This document shows, one piece after another, positions 23,436 through 35,924 of a stretch of 64,000 nucleotides of DNA. The translations under genes were made by a program, and so were the position numbers. The notes beneath the pieces are model-generated. The model worked only from the letters and a program-made list of their open reading frames with translations, made no database searches and was not told where the DNA came from. How positions within the stretch are numbered: position 1 is the stretch's first letter; every line of letters starts with the position of its first letter. The stretch spans positions 18,354,001 to 18,418,000 of the forward strand of contig NC_045697.1 in the NCBI RefSeq assembly GCF_009834535.1, read 5' to 3'. The stretch comes from Camelus ferus (taxonomy: Eukaryota).

Positions 23436-24959
23436 TGTGCTGGGTGGTAGAGATGAACTTCTTCTGCAATATCCCAGGCTCTTCGAGAGTCAGGAATGCA
23501 TTGTGGAATTCTCTGTATCCTTCCTAGCTGCCAGCACAGAACCTTGCACGTGATGGAGATCCAGAGACACCTGCTCATTTAGTTATCCATCCCTCCTCCA
23601 CCCTGATCCAGAGGAGGGATCCAAAGTGTTCTGGGGACATTTCCTCCTGTCCAGGCTTGACCACCAGTGAGCACATTTGTGTCTCAGACAAGGAGATAGG
23701 AAGGGAAGTAAAAAGGGACAGTAATTAAGGAAGGAGTGCAGGTGGGGTCTGAGAAGAATTTGGCCTTTTCCAAAGGTGACAGTGGACTTCAGTCTCTCTC
23801 TCCGCAAACTCCTAATCCCTGGGGGAGCAGCAACCCCACTGTCAGTAAGTGGCTCTAAGGACACTGACCGGAACAGGCTGACTCCACTGATTGTCTGTAA
23901 CGTGACTGTTCCTCTTAATCAAAATGATGTCATCCTTTGATATCAGAAAGCGAAGGATAGCAAAATTAATGATGGCTCCAGTGGGCTTCAGATGGCCACC
24001 AGCCGCCGAGGGGCCGTAGGGCTGCGGAGCCCACTGCATGTCAATGATGTGCGCAGGGATTTCTTCACTAACAAGGGTGCTGTTAAGTCTTAATTACCCA
24101 GAACCGAGGCCTCACCTTACTGCCTGTCCCTCGGGAGCTCCCTGTGAAGTCAGTAGGAGCTTTGCCTGCAGTTCAGCCTGGTGAATACTTGCCTGCAAAT
24201 GTTTGCAAATTATCTTGTGTGCCTAGGATAGAAACAGGAGAGAATTATTTAGTTTTGGAATGTTGGCATAGCCCCGTCCCTGCCTTGCCTGACACATACT
24301 GCAGTGCTGCTCACATCCCACACTCTTTATCTCTGATTAATTCTGAATCGTGGGCCTCTTTGTTTCCTGGCTGATGAATGTACCTCTTTGGTTTTGCCCT
24401 CAGACACATGGTCGGTAATGTCCCATGGTTCTCACCCCTCGCTTAGCAGCTCTCTCTAGAAAGTCTAACGCATTTTCCATTAGAAAAGTCGATCTGTCCC
24501 TGCCCTTCCAGCAACCACAAGCCTCAGTCTGGCCCCATGGGAGGGGTCAAAACCCCCTCCATGGCTCCTCCTTCCCTCTGCAAGGAGATGCTCTTGGTAC
24601 CCAACCCACGTTCCCTTGACTGGGGGCTGTGGATAGCTCACAGCTGCTCCCTTCTCCTGAGACTTGCTCTGAGAGAAAAGCACAGGCATTTTCATCTGGA
24701 AATGTTTGGGAGGTTTCGCTTCCCTTCTGGGGACAGCTCACAACCAGGATGGCCTGAAAACTAGGCGCAAGGGCTCCCTGTGGGGGTCAGGCTGCGGCTA
24801 GAGCACACCTCCGCCGGCCCTTCTGCGCTTCCCTCACACCTTTCCAGGTTTCACCGAGGAGAGCGCCCTCAAGGAACTGCTTGCCCGAAAAGCCAGTCTC
24901 AGGCTCAGTGTCTTGGCAACCCAACCCAGGACGCCTCTCTACACCACCCTCCCCGCTGC

Positions 24960-25340
24960 AAGTAGAGTCATCTTTAGAACCTCAGCCTGATCATGCCACT
25001 TCCTTTCTTAAAAACTTCCATGCCTCCCATGGGCCAAACTCCATCACATGGGTCTAAATCCCACAGACCTGGGCTGTTTACCCCTCCTGCCTCACCTCTC
25101 ATCACACCTTCCGCCTCACCTGAGAGGTCACTTCCTCCAGAGGGGGTCCCCCAGACCCCCCCCCAACTCCATCTGTGTGTTCGTGACACCTAACGTAAAT
25201 CCCGGCATATTGTAACCACTGGCTTGTCTTTCTCCCCGTCTAGGCTGCAAACCCCTCCAGTATTCCCAAAGCCCACCACCACGCATCTGGCCCACGTGAG
25301 ACTTTCAATGATTAGTTGTTGATTGAGGAAATGGATGATT
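24960..25340 (+). mobile_element. L2 LINE fragment
   Basis: CTGATCATGCCACTTCC...CTTAAAAACTTCCATG motif and a degraded TTGTTGATTGA-type 3' end. Confidence 0.55.
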
Positions 25341-27000
25341 GAACTAGGTATTTCATAAAGGTTTAAGGATGACAGCCAAATTCCAACTTCAAGGTTATAT
25401 GTCATCATTTACCTATTTGTGATTTATCTAAAGTTTCCCTAAATAGACGAATATACGGGAAACATTAAAATAATTAAATGCCTTCAATATAAACACATAC
25501 AAGCAGTCTGGTTAGTGTGTCTAGGATAATCAAGGTGTGAATAGTCCCAGATATTTCAGAAGGTTTCCATGTCTTTCAGACAATCAGCTTGGCAATCAAA
25601 GATATCCCAGCCCCACCAACTTCTGACTCTCGGTGATCCTCTGCTGAATTTTAAATCCCTTTGCCTTCCCTCTCTCTGCTCCCCACAACAACAAAAACAA
25701 ACAAATAAGCAAAAAAAAAAAAAAATGTGCAATTCTGAGTGCCAGAATAGCTCTGCTCATCTGAGGAAGAAACCCTTGAACATCAATGAACCATGATTTT
25801 AAACTGCCATTTCACTGCTGACTTTTCAGAAAAGCATCACCCTGTGAAGAAGTTAGTCTTGAATGCAAACCTTGTGACTGCCAGAATCGTCCAAGGTTCT
25901 GACTTGCCTCATCCTCTTTGGAATTGGGTGTATTAGTCAGTGGAATTGCATTAATTCTTGACGTGACCTCAGACAAAACACAAGCAGCGTTAACAAATTA
26001 CCAGTGATGGAGATGCAAATGGAACAAGGACAAACATTAAAAACAGCCCTATCTCTCTGCGCTGCTACCTCGTCTTGTCCAAAATTCACAGAAATATTAA
26101 TCCTCCTGGAATGCTTAGTGATGCATATACAGTAACATTCCCATGGAAGCCAGTAATTATCTCTTGTTAGCAAGATCAGCTTACTACAGTCTGTTACTGC
26201 CGGGACAGACAATATTGTGACTTGCTATGCTAAGTGAAACACGGTGACAGGATAAATTAGGACATTTAAACTAACAGTAATAATGACACACGGCTCTGGT
26301 TCCCCCCCACGTATAACTGATAAAATTAACAGAAAAGAGACACCATGGTAATAGAAGAATGCATTAGGAATGGTTGGTTGGGTTACAAAGGGACAAACTT
26401 TCTTCCATTGCTTATGTTGTTATAGCTAATATTTATTATGCACCTACTGTGCATGGCACGACTCTTATCAGGGGCAAGGATAATAATAAATTACTACCTG
26501 TCAGCCACGTGTACAGTAACTTCATTATGTGACTAGGCGGCACTCTTATTAAGTCTTTGGAATCTATCAAAAGTCTCATTATGAAACAATGAACCACAAG
26601 GAACAAATTATGAATTGTGGATCCCTGATATTAACCCAAAGAGTTAGCCTTGGAAAAGAAAAATAATTCTTAAGAAAAAAATTAATTTCTGCCAAGGAAA
26701 ATCTAAGAATATATACGTTAGCTGGTCCAGCAAGATGCCTCTGGCTGTGCTGTAACAAGAGATGAGGCAAATATCTAATTTCACAGGAAAAAACTTATAG
26801 ACTAGACTTTGAATCAGACAAAGTCCAAAAACCTTCCCCGCCAGGTTCTCAATCAAATGGCGTAATAGACAGCAATGCCCTCCCACGTCCGAGATGCCCC
26901 TCTGATCTCTGGCTCTGATCGGTATCAAGCTGTCACCTCCACTGATGTATCCAGACAGAACTTGCCCTTTACATTCACTAGTTTAATTTGCTTAGTGAAC

Positions 27001-27902
27001 ATGGTAGATTGTTTGCAAAGTTGGCTGCAATAAATCCTCATATCAGTGCATGCACATCCCTTTGCAATGTCACTTTGAACCACCTGCTGTCGAGTGGTGG
27101 GGTCTATTCCTCCTTGCCTTGAACATAGGAAGGCTTGTAACTTGCTTTGACCAAAGGAATACAATGGAAGTGATATTTTGGTGAATTCTGAGCTTATGCC
27201 TTAAACAGCCTTGCAGCTTCTGCTCTTACCTTCTTAGAACACATGGCCACCAGGTAAAGGAAGCCCCAGCTAGCCATCTTGAAGATGAGAACTCCAATGG
27301 TACAGCCACAGCTAGTACCAACTGCCAGACGTGTAGTGAGGCCATCTTGAACCATCTAGTCACGGTGCTGCAGAGTGAATGTTTGTGTCCTCCAAATTCA
27401 CATGTTGAAGCCCTCATCCCCAATGTGATAGCATTTGGAGGTGGAAACTTTGGAAGGCAATGAGATCATGAAGGTGGAGCCCTCATAAATGAAATTAGTG
27501 TCCCTGTAAGAAAAGACACGAGAGAAATGGTCTCTGTCTCTGTCATGAGAGGACACAGGGAGGTGACATCCCCTGCAAACCAGGAAGAGAGTCCTCACGA
27601 GAAACTGAATTGGCTGGCATTTTAATCTTGGACTTCCCAGGCTTCAGAATAGTAAGGAATACATTTCTGTTGTTTAAGCCACAAAGCTTATGATATTTTT
27701 GTAATAGCAGCTTGAACCCGGTTATGCTGCCAGATGACAGAAGCTGCCTCAGTGACTCCACAAGAGATCAGGCAGAAGAACCACCCCATCGAGCCCAGCA
27801 CCAACTGCTGACTCTCCAAGTCACGAACAAATGAAACAGTCACAATTTTAAGCCACTCCATTGTGAAGCAGTTCATTATACCACACTGGGTCACCAGACC
27901 AC
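27001..27902 (+). mobile_element. MLT1F-like solo LTR split by a nested MLT1A-like LTR
   Basis: Outer halves at about 27001-27365 and 27720-27902 (CTTGCTTTGACCAA, GTGAGGCCATCTTG, GCAGAAGAACCACCC motifs). Confidence 0.7.
27366..27718 (+). mobile_element. MLT1A-like solo LTR (nested)
   Basis: TGAATGTTTGTGTCCTCCAAATTCACATGTTGAAGCCCT...ATCTTGGACTTCCCAG...TTTCTGTTGTTTAAGCCAC. Confidence 0.85.
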
Positions 27903-28293
27903 GAACTCTGGGATAGAATTTAAAATTTTCTGCCTTGTTTTAAAAGAATGATTCTGCTCTAGCTCCTTGTGCAGAACAGCAGTTTCCAGAACTGTATTTA
28001 CTTGGGAAGTGAAGGAATTTCTTCTCATTTCTTCCCCATCATCTCTTATAGCAATTCACCCCAAGACTGGACTGTGGAACCTTCCTTTGCCAAGGGGTTA
28101 ATAAAAATTGAAGGCTCAGAAATGCTTGTTCAGTGGTTGACTAATAGTTTGTTTATGAAGCAAAGTGGGCTGGAAGGTAGCCTCAGGCATTCAGCTCTGC
28201 GCAGGTGAGGCACTGCCCGCCCTGCCACGTCTGCAGCAGCAAGAGCCTGAGGTCTAAGGAGAAGGGCTTCTGGGGACAGGGACCCTCAGGTGG

Positions 28294-28722
28294 TAGATTA
28301 GTCAGGGCTCTTCAGAGAAACAGACCATGTGTATCACCATGTGAATCTATAACTGTATCTATATGGGGGGTGGCAAGGGAGAGAGAGAGAATTTGTTTTA
28401 AGGAATTGGCTCACATAATTGTGGAGTCTTGGCCAGTCCAAAATCGGCAAGGTCAGCTGGAAGCCTGGAGATCCGGGGAAGGATTTCTGTCAGAGTCCAA
28501 AGGTGGTCTACTGGCAGAATATCCTCTTCCAGGGAGATCAGTCTTTTTCTATTAAGCCTTCAGCTGATCAGATGGGGGCTAATCTGCTTTACTCAAAGTC
28601 TGCTGACTTAAGTGTTAATCTCATCTGGAAAAAGAACTTCACAGAAACATCTAGAATTGTGTTCGATCAAATCTCTGGGTACCGTGGCCTAACCCAGTTG
28701 ACACATTAAATTAACCATCACA
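28294..28722 (-). mobile_element. MLT2-family (ERVL) solo LTR with 5-bp TSD
   Basis: ATTAGTCAGGGCTCTTCAGAGAAACAGA start; AAGGAATTGGCTCAC; ends GTTGACACATTAAATTAACCATCACA; TSD GGTGG at 28289-28293 and 28723-28727. Confidence 0.85.
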
Positions 28723-28727
28723 GGTGG

Positions 28728-29160
28728 TGGTTTGAGCTGAATTGTGTCTCCTAGAAAAAGATATGCTGCAGTCCTAGTATACAGCCTTATTTGGAAATAT
28801 GGGCTTTGCAGAGGTAATCCGGTTAAAATGGGTCTTTGGGGGTGGGCCCTGACCCAGTGTAAGTGCTGTCCTTGTAGAAGGGGGAAATTTGGACACCTGG
28901 CCAGATAGGCACAGAGGAAAGACCGAGTGAGGACACCAGGGAGAAGACGTCATGGGACTGAAATGATGCATCTACGAGTCAGGGGGTCAGGGAGTGCTGG
29001 CAAGCACCAGGCAAGGAAGAATCCTCCCCTAGCGCTGGGCACAGTGAACAGGGTTCTGCCGACACCTCCGTTTTGGACTCCAGCCTCCAGAACTGTGAGA
29101 CAACACATTTCCATCTAGCTTTGGGTACTTTGTTATGGCAGTCCTAGGAGATTGATATTG
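28728..29160 (+). mobile_element. MLT1B/C-like solo LTR
   Basis: GCTGAATTGTGTCTCC start; CCTTATTTGGAAATA; CAGCCTCCAGAACTGTGAGACAA; GTACTTTGTTATGGCAG. Confidence 0.8.
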
Positions 29161-30906
29161 ATGGATAGCTGGGAACCTTGCTTCCAGATCTGAGAGACCA
29201 TGGGCACTGGTACCCCTGAGGCGGGGGGTCGTGCGGTGCTGAGTGGAACCTTAAAGCGAGTCTTCCCTCCTTGAGCTCCTGTCCTTACAACATGAGACCT
29301 CGACAAGCCCTGGGGGAGAGAGAGGCCTAAAAGGAGCCTGGAAAGCCTCTATTTCCCTCCAAAGAGGCAAAGACGTTTCCTAGATTTCTTGATTGTCAAC
29401 TAGGGTGGGAGTATGGGGGCTCTTGGCAGTGAGTTTGGGAGCATAGGTGCCCAACCATCTGTGGAAGAGATTCAGCAACCTCCTGCATGGCTCTTCCAGC
29501 AAGAGGCTGCTAGTCCTGCATTGGTTATGAGAGCTCACCTATGCTGCGGGAGAGCCATCCAGTGGAAGGCACGCTGAGTTTCCGAAATGGGCAATGGCGG
29601 GAACTCTGGAGTCAGATAAGACTGAGTAAGTCCCAGCTCAGCCCGTCGCCTGTTAATAATGGTAATAATGGTTGTCGTTTTATTGAATGCTAAGCACTTC
29701 AGGTACATATCTCACGGACTCATTCTAACATCTCATTTTATAGATGCGAGGCTGGAGCTCAGAAAGGTTTAGAAACCTTCCCAAAGTCACACAGAAAGCT
29801 AGCATTATAATCCAGGCAGTCTGACTCCCAAGCCCCAAAGCCCAAATTCTTAACCACGATACCCAATGAAAACATATCGGGGAACAGCATGGCCCAAATG
29901 AAATCTCTGTACTTAATCAGGCCAACCAGCAGGCCAGAAGCACCCATTCTGTTAGATATTTTTAAAGGCACAAAGAAAAAGTAAGACTGGGGCACTGGCC
30001 TTGAGATGTTGATGGTCTAGTTGATAGGAAGGCACCCACTTGGGAGAAACTATGATTGCCATCCCCTCCTCTTGGGGAGTATGGAAAGTTTAAGTTCACC
30101 CACAGGGAAAGCTTTAGCTACCAGGAGCATCACCATTTGTAATGAGTTTGCATTTCGCCCTCCGAACACATCAGCAGGTGAATGCGTATTACTAGAAGAG
30201 TCCTGTCACCACTGTGAGAGAGTTGGTAACTCAAGGAAGTTGGGCCATTGCTTAAAATGCTAGGCAGCAGGTCCACATTGTAACTAATCACTACCCTAGG
30301 CAAAGCGCTGATTACTTCTGACTTTGAATTCCTCTTCTTGCGTCTTCTTCCACCTCTGTGCTGCCTGCCTGACTCACAGGGAAGGCTGGGGGAGGGCGGG
30401 TCAGATAAAAACGCTGTCACAATTGGCAACCAAAGGCTGTGTGCCTTCACCGTGTTATTAAGACAGTACATCAAGAAATGGCTTCGGCGTTAATCACAAA
30501 GGAGAATTCGTGAGACCCGTATCCTGGAAACGGAACAGCCTTGGAATATAAAGGGAGGGCAACGCCCTGGTACAAGCTGTCCACAGCCTCCAGGTGCTTG
30601 CCCGTCCAAAGTAAACAGTGGGGCCCCGGGCAGCCACCGGGGCCAGAGTGTGTTTAGAGGGCAGGCGAGGGCAGAGTTGTCATATAGGGTGGGTCCTGGT
30701 GCCGAGCATTCCAGGACCTTGTGGCTTCACACAGCTTTGGCATAGAGGGCTGGGAGCTATGGCCAGGAGAAGCCCACCTTCGAGGTGTGATGGAAGGAGA
30801 GGGTGTGACTCCCTGGTGGCAGAGACCTGTCCCTGGGGTGCAGCTGGGTGGGCCACCAGCAGAGCAATCCTAGGCAAGACTCAAATAAACAAGGCGAAGC
30901 CCTGGA

Positions 30907-31367
30907 TGACTGTCAGTTTCCTAGGGCCGCCGTAACAAAGTGCCCCATACTAAAAATGAGTAGCACGCAACGACAGAAATTTCTTGTCTCACAGTTCTGG
31001 AGGCTAGAAGTCCTAAATTATGGTGTTGGCAAGGCTTGTTCTTTCTGAGAGCTTGTAGGGAGAATCTCTTCCAAGCCTCTTTCCCAGCTTCTGGGGACAG
31101 CAGGCAATCCTTATTGTGCCTTGGCTGTAGACGTATCACTCCGATCTCTGCCTCCCTCGTCACGTGGCTTTTCCCTGTGTGTCTCTGTCTAAATTCCCCT
31201 CTTACAAGGACCCCAGTCATACTGAATTAGAGCCTTCCCTAACAGTGAGTTCGTTTTAACTCGATTATGTCTGCAGACACCCTATTCCCAAAGATGGTCA
31301 CATTCACCAATGCTGGGAATTAGGGCTTCAAGATATCTTTTGAGGGGAGATAATTCAAACCAATGAA
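30907..31367 (-). mobile_element. MLT1C-like solo LTR
   Basis: AGTTTCCTAGGGCCGCCGTAACAAAG...TCTCACAGTTCTGGAGGCTAGAAGTCC...AAGGACCCCAGTCAT...GGTCACATTC. Confidence 0.85.
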
Positions 31368-31874
31368 GACCCTAATGAAGGTCTCCTCCGCTGGACTGTG
31401 AGCAGATGAAGGATGTCTGTCCTTTTTATTTTGTATCCCCAGTGTTCTAGGATCGTGCCTGGCAAATAGCTAATGTCCAATAAGTGCTGAATGAATGAAC
31501 TGGTGATAATCTTAGCCGGATCTGTATGATATGGGTTATTTGACCCCAAATCTGAGTGCAAAATCCTGGCTTTCTTACTTCCTACCTGGATCATCTTTGG
31601 CAAGTCTCTTAATTTCCCTGAGCCTCAATTTTCTCCTTTCTAAAATGAGTATGAAGGCAACATGTAGGAGGGTGGTGAGAAGCCCAGAGGATGCAGTACA
31701 CAAAACGTCTGGCACATAGTAAAGGTTCAGTAAATGGAAGGCACTATTTTTAAAGGAAATTCCAAACTTAATCCGACATGCTACCTTCTAGTTCACATTT
31801 CTTTACACCACATTCATTTCATCATATCAATTCTTCAAGATTTTCAAAAAACCTAATACATAGGCTAATCTAAC

Positions 31875-32330
31875 TGTATTAGTCAGGATGCTTTCAGTTG
31901 GCACTAACAGAAACTCTGTTCAAAAAGCAAGGTGTAGTGTATTTATTAGCTCACATAATGTCTGACTGTTCTGGCTTCAGGCAAGGTTTGATCCAGAGTA
32001 CAAACAATGTTATTAACGATCTTCTGTTTCTTGGACAGGCCGTCATCCTGTGGCTGCCAGAGCCTCAGACTGAAATCCTCCTGGCTTAACAACCCCAGGG
32101 GAAAGACATGGCCTTTCTGGATTACAACATCAGAGACTATCCAAAGAAGATTCCGATTTGCTTGATTTGAATCCAGTGCCTATCTGAGCCGGTCATTATA
32201 GCCAGGAGCCTAGGATACGTGTGTGGACTGGGCAGTTCTGGGTCAGGTAAATGGGGAAGGGTGGCGTAAGCCTCCTGTGAAATGGGTTCCCTACAGAAAA
32301 GAAGGTTCTGTTTCAGCAAGAGGTGCTGGA
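31875..32330 (-). mobile_element. Old MaLR LTR (MLT1K/L-like)
   Basis: TGTATTAGTCAGGATGCTTTCAGTTGGCACTAACAGAAAC terminus; GGCTTCAGGCAAGGTTTGATCCAG. Confidence 0.6.
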
Positions 32331-34449
32331 AAGATTTGAATGAGAAATGCCTCTGATCCTTAAAATTGCCCATAGAACAGAAAATTTTAAAGGAGGCTAA
32401 AAGCCATCAGGCTTCTGGAAAAGTACCCAGTGTAATTTTTGAAAAAAATAAAAACAGGAAACCATAGATTATATATAATAACTTGCTGCTTCAATATAAA
32501 AATACTGCCTTTGTGGTCCTCAATTACTTCTAGGGATGAGGACGGCTCCTGGGAGAGATGTAGACTGAGAAAGCCTGTCAGTGTATCAGCTGTTAACGCT
32601 AGGATGTCCCTGCAAGGGAGACTGGAGCACAGCCAGGTGAGGCACGTCCTTATGGATAGACCCGGGTCCCATCAGGCCGAGGAAGTGGGATGGGGTGGGA
32701 GGAAAAGGACGATCTGCGACAGGAGTGCCCATACATTCTGGCACTAAGGGAAACCCTGCCGGAATCCACTTAAGTTAGCCTCACGGTGTTTTTTTAACTT
32801 GTTAGTTTTATACTAGACTTTGCTTTATGAAAAATACCCCATAACTCAGGTTTAATTTCCCTGGGGGAGACAGATTTGAAATAACTATCAAATCTTTTTT
32901 CTCCTCTTTTTGCTGCTCTAAGCAAACTGGGAAATATTTTCCCCTGAGGGATGACAGTCCAGTCACTCATGCAATAATCATTTTAATGCTATTTGCTTTT
33001 TTTTTTTTTAACTTTTCAGCAGTGTTTGCATACAGCCGTCCTCATTTTATAGTTCTACTTTTTTTTTTTAAATAAGTAAGACAGATGGCATGTTCACATT
33101 TAGGGTTTTATGAGAAAGTCAACTTAACTTAATGGCCAAGGGTAGATGCAGAAGACTCAATGATGAAATCAGCTAAGAGTTGTACAGTTTATCAATTTAT
33201 CAATATATTGACAATTTATCTTGTACTTTCATTTCAGCATCACACAGTCACATTATCCCTATTTTATAGATGAGGAAATTGGGGCCTAGAGAGGTAAATT
33301 AGCTTGTTAAGGTGCCACACACAGACTTGAACCCAAATAATAACAGCTGACACTATTCTAAACACTTTGCATGCAGTGTCTCGTTTAATACTCGCAAAAA
33401 AAAAAAAAAAATCCTGCAAAGTCGGTTATGGTTTTCATCCCCATTTCATAGACAAAGAAATTGAGGCTTAGAAGGTAAAATTAATTGGTAGGATTCAAAC
33501 TCAGATCTATCTCACTGCAAAGTTCCATCTAAAGGCAGAACTTTCCCCAGGCCTTACATGGCTGTGAAAGCTTTAGAGCAGGTGGAAGTGAGAAGTAATG
33601 GCTGGACCTCAGGCCAGAGGGAGACCAGTCAGACTTAACCCATGCTCAGCTGAGAAGCCTTCGCCTGCCAAGCTGGCCCTGTGGATGGACAATTCCCAGA
33701 CCTTGCTCATTCAAAAGTGCTGAGGCAGCCTGGATGGAAGCCCAAATGCTGAGACAAAGGTGCCCAAATAACAAAACAACAGTGTGAACTGCTAACTGCT
33801 GGCCTCACCAGCTGAAAATCTGGGGACCCCCAGGTCCACAAAGATGCCATAGATGGAAAGAAATGTCTGGTCAGCAAAGAGGTCCCAGCAAGTCCAACCA
33901 CCCACTGCAGCCAACAATCATGTTTCGTGCCCATCCTCCCACATGGGGTGTGGACCACATGGATATGGGGGGAGGCAGCCAGAACAAAGATGATTCCTTC
34001 ACCAGCAGCTAAGGGCAGCCCTGGCACCTCTCATCAGCCCTAGACACCCTCCTCCAGCCTCCTCTAAATGATAAGCTCTAACAAGTTAAGCAAAATCCTG
34101 ACCATGAATGAGAAAGAAAAAAAAAATACTCCATTAATTAAAATCTCAAAAGATGCCAATAATAACAGTCTGCAGATGCTTTTTGGCTGTACTAATCCTA
34201 TCGGGAGACCAGAAACCAGCAAGCAGCAGAAGAGTCACAGGTGCGACGATTAGGCCTGAGAGCATGTAGCTGTGACAAGTGGAATCGTGAAGAAAATCGT
34301 CCTGAAATCCCAAGCTTTGAAGGTAATTAAATAATTAATGTGATGCAAGGCTTTCCCTGCCTTCCCAAGAGAGGTTAAATTTCCAAGGATCTTTCCTGTG
34401 TGATAGTTTCTCTAAAATGCCTGGAAAACATAGGAAACGGTTATCTTCA

Positions 34450-35010
34450 GCCATTCAACAAATATTTATTGAGCATCTATTATGTGCCAAGTATTTCGGA
34501 CGGTGCTGGACACACAGTTCCTAATCTCATGGTGCTTACATTCTAGAGTGAGGGGCGAAGACTCATGTGTAAATAGGTAGGTTGAGGGTGCTATAGAAGA
34601 GAGAACAAGGAGATGAATGGAGGGTGACAGGGGTGAGGACTACTTTGGACTGCGTGGTCAGGGACAGCACTCTGAGGCAGTGCTTCTTGAATAGATGTTT
34701 AAATAGCAATAAAGCCAGGACAAGAGCTGGGCCCAAGGCATTTCAGACAGAGGGCACTGCATGTGCAAAGGCCCAGAGGCCAGCTCAAATTTGATGTGTT
34801 CAAAAACAGGAAACTTGTGTGGTGGGACCTATAATGTGGGAGAATGGAGGGAGATGAGGTTGGAAGAGGTAGGTGGGGACAAGTGACCTAGAACCTTCCA
34901 AGACATGGTAAGATGTTTGGATATTATTTTAAGTGACTGGGCAAGAGATCATATAATCTGATTTCAATTTCTCAAAGTTAGCGCAGGCTGGTAGGTGAAG
35001 AATGACTATA
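34450..35010 (-). mobile_element. L2 LINE 3' fragment
   Basis: CATTCAACAAATATTTATTGAGCATCTATTATGTGCCA; GCATGTGCAAAGGCCCAGAGG. Confidence 0.8.
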
Positions 35011-35571
35011 GGGGTGAATGGCAAGCATAAAGGGGGTAAGATATTCAGTAGGACCAACAGTCTGTATCAGAGCATGTTGTCTCTAAAGAAGTACGATTTT
35101 TTGATTGACCTTACACAAGCAATTGGTATTTTCAGAACAAATTTCTCTGTCATTTGGCAGAGTTGCACCCACTTCAGACTTTCTAGGGTCTTTAGGCAGT
35201 ATTTTTATTAATACTTACACATTTTATTAGCCGACTTACCCTTTTCTCCTTCCAGGGGCTCAGGGGTGGGCCTGGAGCAAAGAGGATTGAATGTAAAGGA
35301 TGAAAAATGTCGGCTGACCAGGCTGACCAGTGAAATCCTTTTTTCATTCCCAAGGTGCACAGAGGCTGCCTGTATCCTTGAAGCAGTGAAGACACGCCTG
35401 CTCTGTAACATCCGAGAATGTGGCCACTGTCCCAAGGCTATGTCCTTCAAGCATGGTGAGCAAGTGGCAGGGGGCCGTCAGACCTACGAATGTGGAGGTG
35501 ACCTGGGAGAGAAGCTAAAAAAAGTCTGTCTCAATTTTCTGCACTGACTATTCACATTCTTACTGAGGAAC

Positions 35572-35924
35572 TGTTTGGTTTGAATGTTTGTGTTCCTCTA
35601 AAATTCATATGTTGAAATCTTAACCCTCAAAGGTGATAGAATTAGGAGGTGGGGCCTTTGGGAGATGCTTAAGTCATAAGGGTGAACTTCATGAATGGCA
35701 TTAATGCTTTTAAAAAAGAGGGTTCAGAGAGACCCCTGGCCCCTTCCACCATAGGAGGACACAGCAGAAAGGACCCCGTTCATACAGAAAGAGGGCCCAT
35801 CCCAACCATGCTGGCTCCACGATCTTGGACTGTCAGCCTCCAGACCTGTTTGAAAGAAATGCTTGAGTTTATAAACCGCCCTGTCTATGGCATTTTGTGA
35901 CAGCAGCCGGAATGGACTCAGACA
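35572..35924 (+). mobile_element. MLT1A-like solo LTR with TG...CA ends and 5-bp TSD
   Basis: TGAATGTTTGTGTTCCTCTAAAATTCATATGTTGAAATC...ATGGACTCAGACA; TSD GGAAC at 35567-35571 and 35925-35929. Confidence 0.9.
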
